A stretch of DNA of 56,305 bases from an uncultured virus (IMG/VR IMGVR_UViG_3300042446_001322). Lineage: Duplodnaviria; Heunggongvirae; Uroviricota; Caudoviricetes. Every line of letters starts with the position of its first letter. Position 1 is the stretch's first letter. Below, piece after piece: positions 22,539 through 32,073 of the stretch. A model generated the notes under the pieces. That model ran no database searches. It saw nothing but the letters and a program-made list of their open reading frames with translations, and had not been told where the DNA came from. The translations under genes and the position numbers were made by a program. Location of the stretch: IMG/VR virus record IMGVR_UViG_3300042446_001322; one strand, 5' to 3'.

Positions 22539-22925
22539 TTATTTTGCAGGTTGTACTGCTTTAGCTAATGTAGTCTGAAAGTCAAACTCTTTAGCATTAA
22601 TACCTATATAGTTAATTAGATTTTTAATATCTAACTTGTTATCTAAGTAGTACTCTTGAAATGTTTCACTTGACACTCTTTCTTCTTTTACATTTCTACC
22701 ATTAGGTCTCAATGCTTTAGTAGCAGTAGGGTCTCCATTTTCATCTAGTTTTGGTAACATGTGTAATGTAGTTTTAGTTACTTTACCTATGATAACAAAT
22801 AATCCTGATGTCAAATCATAGATACACTCTACATAAGGTGAATCATTAGATACTGGGATCATTCTGAATGTACTATGGCCATTCCATTCTGAACTAATTA
22901 ATGTCATTGTGTTTTCTCCTGTCAT
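22539..22925 (-). CDS. Hypothetical protein
   Basis: 128-aa ORF in a packed operon. Confidence 0.7.
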   Translation of the reverse strand: MTGENTMTLISSEWNGHSTFRMIPVSNDSPYVECIYDLTSGLFVIIGKVTKTTLHMLPKLDENGDPTATKALRPNGRNVKEERVSSETFQEYYLDNKLDIKNLINYIGINAKEFDFQTTLAKAVQPAK

Positions 22926-22930
22926 AATTT

Positions 22931-23500
22931 TTATTTTAAATCTTTATTTAATTTTTGTAACTCTTCTACATTTACTATTAATATTTCTTTTTCCATGTCT
23001 GGTATAGTACATAATTCTCCTACACTTCTTAATGTCTCTTCTGGGATATCAAGTAACTCAGAATAAATATTAAAATACTTTTCAGGAAATAAAAAACTAT
23101 CCATATACATGAAATTGCTTCCATTCTTATCAAAATGGTCTCTTATTTTGCGCTTAACTGTGGGATTCATCTTACTATATCTACCATTGATTAAATGCAT
23201 CCAATCATCTTTCATATCAGAAAAATCAAATGTATATAATACCTCAGTATCATTTAGTTTAATATAATCACTTAGTCTATTATGTTTTAACAGTACATTT
23301 TTCTCAAAATTAAGATAATCTTGATCTTTTCTTTCATGAAAAATTGCTACTAGTTTCATATCCTCAGGTTTTACATAATCATTCCAGCCAAAATAAGTTT
23401 GAACTGGAGTGACACTTGAACCTTTTTTAATTCCCAAGAGTGGATATACAAATATCTTGGACTTTTGAAAGTAATTCTTATAAAGCGCACTAATACTCAT
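22931..23500 (-). CDS. Hypothetical protein
   Basis: 189-aa ORF in a packed operon. Confidence 0.7.
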   Translation of the reverse strand: MSISALYKNYFQKSKIFVYPLLGIKKGSSVTPVQTYFGWNDYVKPEDMKLVAIFHERKDQDYLNFEKNVLLKHNRLSDYIKLNDTEVLYTFDFSDMKDDWMHLINGRYSKMNPTVKRKIRDHFDKNGSNFMYMDSFLFPEKYFNIYSELLDIPEETLRSVGELCTIPDMEKEILIVNVEELQKLNKDLK

Positions 23501-23505
23501 AATTG

Positions 23506-24513
23506 TTATAATTTTACATTACCGGTTGCTAATTGATATGGAAGAGTAAAATCCTTATTAGTATAATGATAGTCTACAACTGTCAATATTTCTCTAAAGT
23601 TTTCTTCCCACACCTTTAATGTTTCTGTTGATACTTGAAAAGGATAAATTAAATTAGCTTTATCAATCACAATAAAAGTAATAACAATTTTCCATTCAGG
23701 CATATCAGGTAAACCCTTAAGATATTTACCCAAACTCAATTGTTTATACATGACGGCCTGTATCCAATATTTGTAATATTGCACTGAGTCTGGAAAATCC
23801 TGAATAGGCTTACCAGTTGTTTTTAAGTCATTAATGAATAAAGTCTTAGTATTATAGTCCATGACTACATTATCTAAGATACCTTTAAAACCAAATTTAT
23901 ATTTACTTGATTTTATCTGTACACCTTCTTCATTAAAGATTTTAATATTCTCATCTATATCACCATTAAGTTGCATCAACTCACTCACAATTGGATGCTT
24001 TCTTAATAACTCTACAGATTCTTTTGCTGTGTCTAATGTGATTTGATCCACAATAGTTTTACCTTGCTTTACTTTTAAAAATTCAAAGTATTGCATATTT
24101 TGTTCAGTTGCCATTTTTGCAATTCTACCTTCATCATTTTTTAATGATTGGTGCAAGTTAATACCTGCAAGTACATTAATTATTGAATCAGGGAAATCAG
24201 TTAATGTTAAATCAGTATCAGGTTGTGATTGATAAACCTTAAAGACTTCATCTACTAATAACCTGTTGTTATCTTTTGGAAGATTACTAGGTATTACTAT
24301 AAACTCTTTATCAAAATTCTTTGGTTCAAGTAATAAACAATGTACTACTTTCCCTGCTACTAAATGAGCATCAACCATATCTTCTCTTTGATTTAAGATA
24401 TAGTGTCTATAAAAAGCTGCTGGTGAATACAACAGCTTATTAATACTTGAGTAACTAAAATAAAAGTCACTGTTATAAAATTGATTTAATTCTTCATTAT
24501 AAGAGATAGTCAT
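23506..24513 (-). CDS. PD-(D/E)xK exonuclease (RecB/Cas4-like phage exonuclease)
   Basis: FSYSS, GKVVHCLLLE, KGILDN...INDLKTT and YWIQAVMY motifs. Confidence 0.8.
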   Translation of the reverse strand: MTISYNEELNQFYNSDFYFSYSSINKLLYSPAAFYRHYILNQREDMVDAHLVAGKVVHCLLLEPKNFDKEFIVIPSNLPKDNNRLLVDEVFKVYQSQPDTDLTLTDFPDSIINVLAGINLHQSLKNDEGRIAKMATEQNMQYFEFLKVKQGKTIVDQITLDTAKESVELLRKHPIVSELMQLNGDIDENIKIFNEEGVQIKSSKYKFGFKGILDNVVMDYNTKTLFINDLKTTGKPIQDFPDSVQYYKYWIQAVMYKQLSLGKYLKGLPDMPEWKIVITFIVIDKANLIYPFQVSTETLKVWEENFREILTVVDYHYTNKDFTLPYQLATGNVKL

Positions 24514-25750
24514 CAGTGTTTGTTTTTAATTCTAGATTCACATTATCAAAGTCAATTAAGATTTTATTTATTTTTTCAGGTTCTGTTGCAATAGATGCAA
24601 CAACTGCTTCTTCTTCTAAATCAGGTAATTCAATTTCTGGGGATGATGCAATAAAGTCTTCTTGCACTACAAAAGTATAATTAAAATCCATAACTTCAAG
24701 ATATTCAGTACATAAAGTAATAGTTTTTACTCTAAAAAACATAGAATCACCTCCTCTAGTTATATCATCCCCGTGTAGCTTTAGCACTATATCAATATTT
24801 TCTTTAGTTAATTGCTTATGCTTTTTCAGTTTATTCATAACATCATCAATATTCATTCTAAAATATGAATTTGGTAATGTCATTAAAGATAATAATGATT
24901 TAAAATTTACATGCCCTTTACTTCTACATTGTTGCATTTTATCAGAGTATGAATAAAATAGTAAACTAAGATACAACACACTATCTTCAAAATTTGAATT
25001 AGCCATAATTTCCATAGCCATTGTGTGATTATCATTATCAGAACTTTTAAACATTTCACATAAGCTGTCATACATATCAGAATCAATACCTAATGCTTCA
25101 TTTCCATTAAGATGTTTTAGTAATTCTGATTCATCATATACTGGTAAAGCTGAATTATTTATTTCATGATAAGCACTAAGATATTCATCTAGTATATAAT
25201 CATATCTTATAGAAGAATAACTAGTACCAGATGTTAATCTAAATGGAATATTTCCATTTTGAAGAAAACCTCTTGTATTATAAGAAATTGCAATTAATTC
25301 TTCAGTATAAAATTCTAATGCATCATCTACTTTTTCATTATAATAAGTATCACCTGAATCTAAAGCTACGTAATCTTGAAAATATTGTTTAAAATCAACA
25401 GTATTAACAGTATATGTCCATCCATGAGTAGTATATTTAGAATTACTATTTTCTGAAACAAACATTGCTGTTGCATCTGCTAAATTAGTAGTAGATTTAA
25501 TTTTGTAATCCTTTGTAAGATTTTTAAGTTTTACTCTTGGAATATTAACTCCTTTTGCAAAAAATAATTTATCATTTAATACAGGTGTATAACCTGTTGA
25601 TATTGTATTGAATATTTTATTATTATTCACATTATCAAAATCACATAATTTAATATCTACTTCAAATTTAAAAGCTAACTTGCTCATATCATAAGAATCA
25701 TACCAATCAGTATCTACAAGACTCATGTCTATAAATAATATTTCTTTCAT
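24497..25750 (-). CDS. Hypothetical protein downstream of the MoxR/VWA pair
   Basis: 417 aa. Shares a motif with the 29263-29670 ORF. Confidence 0.7.
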   Translation of the reverse strand: MKEILFIDMSLVDTDWYDSYDMSKLAFKFEVDIKLCDFDNVNNNKIFNTISTGYTPVLNDKLFFAKGVNIPRVKLKNLTKDYKIKSTTNLADATAMFVSENSNSKYTTHGWTYTVNTVDFKQYFQDYVALDSGDTYYNEKVDDALEFYTEELIAISYNTRGFLQNGNIPFRLTSGTSYSSIRYDYILDEYLSAYHEINNSALPVYDESELLKHLNGNEALGIDSDMYDSLCEMFKSSDNDNHTMAMEIMANSNFEDSVLYLSLLFYSYSDKMQQCRSKGHVNFKSLLSLMTLPNSYFRMNIDDVMNKLKKHKQLTKENIDIVLKLHGDDITRGGDSMFFRVKTITLCTEYLEVMDFNYTFVVQEDFIASSPEIELPDLEEEAVVASIATEPEKINKILIDFDNVNLELKTNTDDYLL

Positions 25751-25763
25751 ATATTTTAATTTT

Positions 25764-25789
25764 AAAAAAAGCGGCTTTTACACCGCTTT
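25764..25789 (-). terminator. Intrinsic terminator
   Basis: AAAAAAA-GCGG-cttttaca-CCGC-TTT. Confidence 0.55.
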
Positions 25790-25846
25790 ATATTTGTTTT
25801 AATTGTGTTTATGCTCCTTTTTATGGGAAACAGTTTTATGCTTTTA

Positions 25847-26599
25847 CTATTTTACAGCCATCTTTACTACTTGTGGATTCATCATTAGCTTAGAAAACTT
25901 AGGTTTATTTCCTGCTAGTAACTCTTTCACTAAATAGTATTTAAGATCATTAGTAAATGCGTCACAGTCTGTAGTAAGTTTTACTAATCTGTTTATCATA
26001 GCATCACTTATAGAATGATTAGCTGCATGTGTCAATGAATAATTTATAAGTCTTGTAGTAATAATACTACTGATATCAGCTCTAAATTCATCTCCAGTAC
26101 CTATTGCTCCATTTAATGCTCCAACTACATATGCTTCATTTACATTAGTCATAATATCAGCTGGAGATATAATTTTATCCATCTTATTATTAATAAACAT
26201 AGTGAACATACTAGAAAATTCAGGTCCTACTGAACCTTCTCCAATCATTTGAATTAACGGCAACTGCTCTTCAAACTTTTCAATAGAACTAATAGCATTA
26301 AAGAAAGTAGTAATAGCTCTTGGATTAACTTTTTGAGTTACTACTTCTGGATTCATCAACATAAAATTAATACATCTACCATCAATTCCTACTTGTTCAG
26401 CCCACTTAGCCCATACATTAATATCAAATTTAATTTCAACTGAGATAAATCTAGTCTTTTGAGCTACATCTAATGCAGTTACATTATAATCTCCATTGTC
26501 TGGATTTGAAGTTAATATTATGTGCCAGTTCTTTGGTAACTTCCAAGAAATATATTCTTGCTGATCAATCAATTCCATTGTTGCTTGCATAAAGCGGTG
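25847..26599 (-). CDS. MoxR-like AAA+ ATPase, exon 2
   Basis: HRFMQATMELID...IILTSNPD...LDVAQKTRF continues the Walker B region of exon 1. Confidence 0.85.
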   Translation of the reverse strand, partial: HRFMQATMELIDQQEYISWKLPKNWHIILTSNPDNGDYNVTALDVAQKTRFISVEIKFDINVWAKWAEQVGIDGRCINFMLMNPEVVTQKVNPRAITTFFNAISSIEKFEEQLPLIQMIGEGSVGPEFSSMFTMFINNKMDKIISPADIMTNVNEAYVVGALNGAIGTGDEFRADISSIITTRLINYSLTHAANHSISDAMINRLVKLTTDCDAFTNDLKYYLVKELLAGNKPKFSKLMMNPQVVKMAVK

Positions 26600-27646
26600 C
26601 ATTATGTTATCTCATAGGCTCTTTATCCTATGATTCTGTAGTTTCTTTTAGATTATATCTACAGTTCAGACTATATCATCACATATTTCTATGTGTTCTG
26701 CGCTCTTGGTATTTTACTGCCTGTTCTAGGCTCCATATACTAGTCGTTGCACCTTCCTTACATCCCTGTAAGGCTTGGCTCAGGATTGTCCATCTCTGGA
26801 GTTTCCCTGAGTTCACAGAATTTATTGCGGACCAGCCACTTTATGCTTTTTTCCATCTATAACCACCTGCTGTTAAGTCTTTAGATATTGCTCTATTAAT
26901 ATTAGAGATACTAAGTTCTTTACTTGCTTGTTTTATAGACTCCCATTTTTTGATAAAAATATTATCAGTAGTATATTGTAATACTGGTTCTAATCTATAT
27001 TCTTTCAATCTATATAACATATTAATGTTATAAGTAAAAGACCATATAAATCCTCCTGCAGAAGATGTATTACCTTTACAAACTGCTTTTATACCATTAA
27101 TACTTTTAGCATTAATAGATTTAGCAGCAGCTGTAAGAGATTCAAAACTTTCTAAATACTCACCTTTATCAAGTGAATACATATGTACTGCTTTAAGATT
27201 ATGAGGTTTTAAACCATTTGCATAAGCTTTTTTCTTAGCATCACTTATCCTTTGTTTACATATATCATCTCTCACTAATGTTTGTGGATCTAGTATATGA
27301 TTTATATAAGGAATAATTGTGTTAATATAATAAGCTTCTCTTTCAATTAAAATATCATCAGTGCATTCCTCTACAACATTAAAGTAAATTTCATTTTTAC
27401 CATATTTATTATATAAGTTTTGCATTGTTCTATTATGATGCTTTAAATTTTCAAGAGACCACAAATGATGTTTTAACCTGTGACCAATATTACAAGAGCT
27501 ACCAATGTACTCTTTATCATTAATTTTAATTTTATAGATTCCTACACACTTTAATGCTATCTTAAGTGTTTGCATGTTTAATTTTTCCATATCATAAAGA
27601 TAATCAAATTATTCACACTAACACAATTAGACTGCATATTTTGTTA
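26600..27646 (-). mobile_element. Group I intron in the MoxR AAA+ ATPase gene
   Basis: P1 pairs GGAU with GUCU, placing a U-G wobble at the 5' splice site. Core elements: GAACUCAGGGAAAC (26801-14), AAUCCUGAGCCAAG (26774-87), GCAACGACUA (26741-50), GAUAUAGUC (26669-77). Terminal G at 26600. Splicing restores the frame (DDYTRAD|HRFMQA). Confidence 0.92.
26841..27590 (-). CDS. Intron-encoded GIY-YIG homing endonuclease with NUMOD-type C-terminal repeats
   Basis: GIYKIKINDKEYIGSS motif. FESLTAAAK and WESIKQASKEL...AGGYRW repeats. Confidence 0.9.
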   Translation of the reverse strand: MEKLNMQTLKIALKCVGIYKIKINDKEYIGSSCNIGHRLKHHLWSLENLKHHNRTMQNLYNKYGKNEIYFNVVEECTDDILIEREAYYINTIIPYINHILDPQTLVRDDICKQRISDAKKKAYANGLKPHNLKAVHMYSLDKGEYLESFESLTAAAKSINAKSINGIKAVCKGNTSSAGGFIWSFTYNINMLYRLKEYRLEPVLQYTTDNIFIKKWESIKQASKELSISNINRAISKDLTAGGYRWKKA

Positions 27647-28069
27647 ATCCGCACGTGTATAATCATCTAAAATCAAGAAACCACCTTCACCTTTACCTTG
27701 AATCCACTCTGGAGCAGCATGAGACATTCTACTATTACTAGTAGGTTTATATTTATTCTTAATGTAAGTTTCCATTAAAGATTCTTGGACCCATTTAGTA
27801 AAACCATCTTCTCTAACCATTTCAAATTCTTTGAATGGAAAACCAATTAAATCACCTAACTCTTCTATCTGAGAAAGATTTAATTTAATAATATCCATAC
27901 CCATTTCAGTTGCTAATTGCTTAACAGCTGAAGTCTTACCAAGACCAGCGTCACCTTCTACATTTATTGCAACAGGCACTTTACCTTCAGCTTGGATATA
28001 TTGATTATTACCAACTATGTGTTTTAAAAACCCTTTTAACTCATCTACATTTAATTGAACTTGACTCAT
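27647..28069 (-). CDS. MoxR-like AAA+ ATPase, exon 1
   Basis: Walker A GDAGLGKT and Walker B LILDD. The apparent TAA stop is the first 3 nt of the intron. Confidence 0.88.
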
Positions 28070-28082
28070 CTTTTTTAATTTT

Positions 28083-29273
28083 TTAAATTTCTAACTTAAT
28101 AACTTTTCCCGGTAAATCTGTATTCATACCAGATTGCTCAGACAGCACCCACAATATAGGAGCTTTTGGCTTTACACTTGTACAGCATTCACCGTCAGTA
28201 AAATACACTAAGCTAGTATACTTTCTTATATTTTCATTATAATATTCAAGGACGGGATCAAATTCTGTCCCACCTCTTCCATATATCTCAATTTCATTTT
28301 TACCTTTATAAGGCTCTATGCTTTTGATAGCAGTATCACATTGTACTATGGTAATATCAACACCTTGTTTATAGATGTGTAATATCTCATTCATAAACTC
28401 ATGTAATTCTTGATCACATACGGATCCTGAAGTATCAATAGCCAACAACATATGTTGTTTCATTTTAATTTTAAGACCGGGATTCTCAGAATATCTTCTA
28501 TTCTCTTTTCTCCTTATCTTTTTAGTATACACTTTTGATGACACACCAGTAAATCTTCTGATATATCCTTTCCAATCAAATTTAGCAGGCTTGATTTCTT
28601 CCATTTCAAGTAAACCCTCAATTTCTCCAGGGATATTACCTCTTTTCTTTTCAGTCATTTCCTTAGCATCATTGAGAATCTTATTTAATTGTTTCTCAAT
28701 TAGCTTTTGCTCAGCTTCAGTCATGTCTTCAAAATCAGCCCAAGTAGGATGATCACTGGCCATTTCATCTCCAGCATCCATTTGATCAGCTAACTTATCA
28801 AAATTATCATCACCACTTGTGCCACTTTTGTCTTTATCTTCTTTAGCCTGTTGTAGTTTATCATAATAATATCTACAACCTGCTTTTCTATCAAGATTTA
28901 AATCAGGATAATCATCTATATTAATACCACCTTCTGGTAGTAATTCATCTAAGATATACTGATTAATCTCCATATCCATAGCAATATTAGCTAATCTCTT
29001 ATCACTAAACTTAAAATACATAGTAAGATGACCAAAAGCTATATGAAGTAATTCATGCTTAAGTAAACCTAATCTATGATCTTCAGATAAACTTGTCCAG
29101 AAATCTTCATTAATTGTAAGTTGATAATTAATATTATTTTTACTTACACCAGCAGTAGGAACTATTTTATTATTCCATACTTTATTTAACATGATTAAAA
29201 AGAACCCATAATAGGGCTCCTTTAACATCAAGTCTTTACTGGTTTTTGCTAAACTATCTTCTCTATTTTTCAT
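28083..29273 (-). CDS. Metallopeptidase-like + VWA domain protein (DUF2201-like), MoxR partner
   Basis: HELLH, MIDAS motif DTSGS, GRGGTEFDP and YFTDG. Confidence 0.85.
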   Translation of the reverse strand: MKNREDSLAKTSKDLMLKEPYYGFFLIMLNKVWNNKIVPTAGVSKNNINYQLTINEDFWTSLSEDHRLGLLKHELLHIAFGHLTMYFKFSDKRLANIAMDMEINQYILDELLPEGGINIDDYPDLNLDRKAGCRYYYDKLQQAKEDKDKSGTSGDDNFDKLADQMDAGDEMASDHPTWADFEDMTEAEQKLIEKQLNKILNDAKEMTEKKRGNIPGEIEGLLEMEEIKPAKFDWKGYIRRFTGVSSKVYTKKIRRKENRRYSENPGLKIKMKQHMLLAIDTSGSVCDQELHEFMNEILHIYKQGVDITIVQCDTAIKSIEPYKGKNEIEIYGRGGTEFDPVLEYYNENIRKYTSLVYFTDGECCTSVKPKAPILWVLSEQSGMNTDLPGKVIKLEI

Positions 29274-29670
29274 TTTTCAATGTTATTGAGTAATTTAATT
29301 TATTAATTGGATAACCCCAGTTTGACATTGCAGTTTTTAATTCTTCAACATGAATTTTTAAATAGTAATCCATAATTTCAGGTTCTACTGCTGCAGTAAT
29401 TAAGGTATTAACAATTTGTGCTGCACTTAACTTATACTCACTTTGAATACCTAATTCACTGATTTTTTCAAAAGCATTAGGTATATTTTCACGCCAATAA
29501 CTTTCAGTTTTTAAACTCATACCATAAAATATGATTAACCATCCTTCAGATGCATCAATATCACAATTATTTAGTATTTCATTTGCAACAACATGATTCT
29601 CTTTATCAGGAGAATTATACATTTCATATATACTTTCAACACTCTCTCTATTCAGTACTACTTTTTCCAT
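29263..29670 (-). CDS. Hypothetical protein
   Basis: 135 aa. Overlaps the next start. Confidence 0.7.
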   Translation of the reverse strand: MEKVVLNRESVESIYEMYNSPDKENHVVANEILNNCDIDASEGWLIIFYGMSLKTESYWRENIPNAFEKISELGIQSEYKLSAAQIVNTLITAAVEPEIMDYYLKIHVEELKTAMSNWGYPINKLNYSITLKNEK

Positions 29671-29682
29671 TAGTTTTCTGTT

Positions 29683-30078
29683 TTAATATAATTTACCTGT
29701 TTCTTTTTCATACTTCATTTGCCATTCAGATGCTTTTGCTAAATCATATTGGTGACGATAAAAATCTGTTGCAAGTAATAAAAGTGATTCTTGATATACT
29801 TCTTTTGCTACATACATTTTAGGCCAACTTACTAGTATGCTTTCTAAATTTTTTTTAACATCATGACTTTCATTAATCCATTTTTCATATATGCCGTAAT
29901 GACCATGAAAATCTACAGGAAAAGTCATAATAAAACCATAAGCATCTTTATTATAATTTGTGTTTTCTTTTACAAAAATTGGTACTTCATCAAGAGGTTT
30001 TTGCCAACCTAATTCTGTCATTATAACATCAATCTTAGGTGTAGCATATACTTTTTGTGTAAATGCATTTTCTTCCAT
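29683..30078 (-). CDS. Hypothetical protein
   Basis: 131 aa with TAATG stop-start coupling. Confidence 0.65.
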   Translation of the reverse strand: MEENAFTQKVYATPKIDVIMTELGWQKPLDEVPIFVKENTNYNKDAYGFIMTFPVDFHGHYGIYEKWINESHDVKKNLESILVSWPKMYVAKEVYQESLLLLATDFYRHQYDLAKASEWQMKYEKETGKLY

Positions 30079-30215
30079 TAGTCTTTAATTTTAGTTTTTA
30101 TTTTATTAATCCATTCAGGAAAAGCCATAAACCAAAGAGCATACAAACCCATGCATGTTAAAAGTAATAAACTGATTCCTAGTATAACCAATACTATTAT
30201 TCCAATAATCTTCAT
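30078..30215 (-). CDS. Small membrane protein (45 aa), not in ORF track
   Basis: MKIIGIIVLVILGISLLLLTCMGLYALWFMAFPEWINKIKTKIKD. TAATG overlaps at both ends. Confidence 0.65.
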   Translation of the reverse strand: MKIIGIIVLVILGISLLLLTCMGLYALWFMAFPEWINKIKTKIKD

Positions 30216-30562
30216 TAGTCTTCAATTTTTAAAGTTTTTATTGCCCATTCTTTAGGTTTACCTGATGATATCATATCAACCCATTCTTTAGCAGTAGGAA
30301 TATAGTTATTACAATCCTCTTTTACATGTTGTTCTCCAACATATCTTGTATATACAGTTTTACCATCTGAATTTATAAATGATGCTCCAAATACTTTTTC
30401 ACATTCAAATATACCTTCACTGTGGTGACGGAACATTCTGTGTTTACTATGACCTATCCAAGCTTTAGTTTCATCAAACCAGTTGTGAATTGCCTCATAA
30501 TCAGATATTTGTCCTCCAAATTTCTTTACTGAGCTTTTACAATGTTGTAAGGGGTGTGCCAT
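30215..30562 (-). CDS. DUF6915-like protein
   Basis: MAHP..H..SS..KFGG...DY..IH.WFD.TK...HR..RHH.EGIF...GEQHV.ED pattern. Confidence 0.7.
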   Translation of the reverse strand: MAHPLQHCKSSVKKFGGQISDYEAIHNWFDETKAWIGHSKHRMFRHHSEGIFECEKVFGASFINSDGKTVYTRYVGEQHVKEDCNNYIPTAKEWVDMISSGKPKEWAIKTLKIED

Positions 30563-31148
30563 TTTTTGTGTTATTATAGACAGTTTCTATCCATTTTAGA
30601 AAATCTGCTAAGGGTAAATCACTTTTTGCTCTATTGCAGATTTTACAACAACTGACAGTGTTATCAAGAGTGTATCCTTTTTGAGAGTTTACTCTGTCAA
30701 TACCATTATACATTACAGGTATACCGGCTCTAACAGCTTTTGTAGTAGAATTTAATATCTGATAAACAGCAAAAGGTTCTACTTTACAGTAAATACAGTT
30801 CTTACTAAGAAGCTTTTTAAACTCATCAAATGTCAAGTCAAAAGATAAACCTCTTTCTCGAGCATGTTTTTTATAAGAGTAAAGTAATGCATTATAGCTA
30901 GTGTCTTTATTCCGTTTACCTATAAGCTTATTTGTTCTGCAGGGAGTTTTTCCACAACAAATTGAATTACCATTTCTGATATTAGTCAGTTGTACTTTTA
31001 AAAGTTTTTTACATCTGCATTGCACAAGCACTAGTCTTTTGTTTCCGGTACTAACACCTGCTTCACCTTGATAAGTAAAGAAAGTTGCTTTTTCTGTTGA
31101 TGTGTAGATAACCTGTCCAGGTTCATAATTTAGTTTATATTTTTCCAT
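30537..31148 (-). CDS. Free-standing HNH-type (His-Me finger) homing endonuclease
   Basis: CIYC...GIDRVNSQKGYTLDNTVSCCKICNRAK, plus an N-terminal CRC...SICCG module. Confidence 0.82.
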   Translation of the reverse strand: MEKYKLNYEPGQVIYTSTEKATFFTYQGEAGVSTGNKRLVLVQCRCKKLLKVQLTNIRNGNSICCGKTPCRTNKLIGKRNKDTSYNALLYSYKKHARERGLSFDLTFDEFKKLLSKNCIYCKVEPFAVYQILNSTTKAVRAGIPVMYNGIDRVNSQKGYTLDNTVSCCKICNRAKSDLPLADFLKWIETVYNNTKNGTPLTTL

Positions 31149-31266
31149 AAGATTTAGTATTGTACATTACAAATATACAATAATAAATCTTATAATGTAT
31201 GTAATCTTCCCATGTTCCTCCCCACCTTTTTGCAGCAGATTTGGCATGCATTATTGGATGACTCAT
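31135..31266 (-). pseudogene. Orphan 5' fragment of a DUF6915-like gene
   Basis: MSHPIMHAKSAAKRWGGTWEDYIH aligns with MAHPLQHCKSSVKKFGGQISDYEAIH of the 30215-30562 ORF, then runs into the HNH leader and stops. Confidence 0.8.
31147..31193 (-). promoter_or_regulatory. Hairpin covering the HNH start, with an internal TAnnTTTG promoter box
   Basis: Arms ATAAGATTTA-g-TATTGTA / TACAATA-a-TAAATCTTAT. Minus-strand TATATTTG at 31170-31177. Confidence 0.65.
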
Positions 31267-31267
31267 T

Positions 31268-31672
31268 TTATTTAATGTATTTTTTAATAAGTTCTATTAT
31301 ACATGTTTCTTCAGCTATTTTTCTATTAGAATAGGAAAAACTTTTTATTACATTTTCTTCATCAAAAGAAATAGTAAATCCAAATTCTGTTTTTCCAACT
31401 TGTTGTATTGAAATTAACCAATCTGTTTTTTCATCAAACCAATTAAATACAAAAGGTCTAAGTGCCGCAACACAAGATTTTTCAGTTGTATTTTCTAACT
31501 TGTCAATAATTTCATTTGTTATGTATCTTGAATACCAGCCAACATGAGCATCTTTAATATACAACATAAGGCTCATTCCATCATAGCCTAAATCTTTTAA
31601 TTGTTTTGAAAACTCATAATCAAGATATCCAGTATCAATTTCCATTTTTTCTATTTCTTGTTTTTTATTCAT
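31268..31672 (-). CDS. Hypothetical protein
   Basis: 134-aa ORF in a packed operon. Confidence 0.65.
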   Translation of the reverse strand: MNKKQEIEKMEIDTGYLDYEFSKQLKDLGYDGMSLMLYIKDAHVGWYSRYITNEIIDKLENTTEKSCVAALRPFVFNWFDEKTDWLISIQQVGKTEFGFTISFDEENVIKSFSYSNRKIAEETCIIELIKKYIK

Positions 31673-32064
31673 TATTTCTTATTTTTATCTTTTAAATTAC
31701 CTTCATGATGATAATCTTCATACTCAGTTACTCTGACACTATTATTAATTGTATATGTACCAAGTTCTACATCAATATAAACATAACCACGACCACCTTC
31801 ATCATTCCACCAGTCTTCTATATCATCTAATAACATCTCTTGACAGTAATCTTCAATTAAAGTACTTAATCCACTATCAATATCATTTAATAAGTATTCT
31901 TGATCCCAATTTTCTAAATCATAATAACCTATATCTGGATCTTGAGTAGCATGAACATATTCAATTGCTCCACTATCTCCAGCACCTTCATAATGTACTA
32001 CAACTTTTTTAATACCATGATTAACTAAGCCAAACATTATTTTTTCTAGTCTATTTTCATCCAT
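31672..32064 (-). CDS. DUF6878-like acidic protein
   Basis: VVVHYEGAGDSGAIE...WWNDEGGRG pattern. Confidence 0.55.
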   Translation of the reverse strand: MDENRLEKIMFGLVNHGIKKVVVHYEGAGDSGAIEYVHATQDPDIGYYDLENWDQEYLLNDIDSGLSTLIEDYCQEMLLDDIEDWWNDEGGRGYVYIDVELGTYTINNSVRVTEYEDYHHEGNLKDKNKK

Positions 32065-32073
32065 AACTTTTTA

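Noticed and set aside
23506..24513. Cas4 / CRISPR-associated role
   Set aside because: No four-Cys Fe-S cluster pattern, and the context is a replication operon.
26600..27646. Intein or frameshift explanation for the split ATPase and helicase
   Set aside because: Group I P1 and core elements and the terminal G are present, in-frame stops intervene, and there are no intein terminal motifs.
30537..31266. Third group I intron around the HNH gene
   Set aside because: No room for, or trace of, a ribozyme core. The downstream gene has its own complete start.
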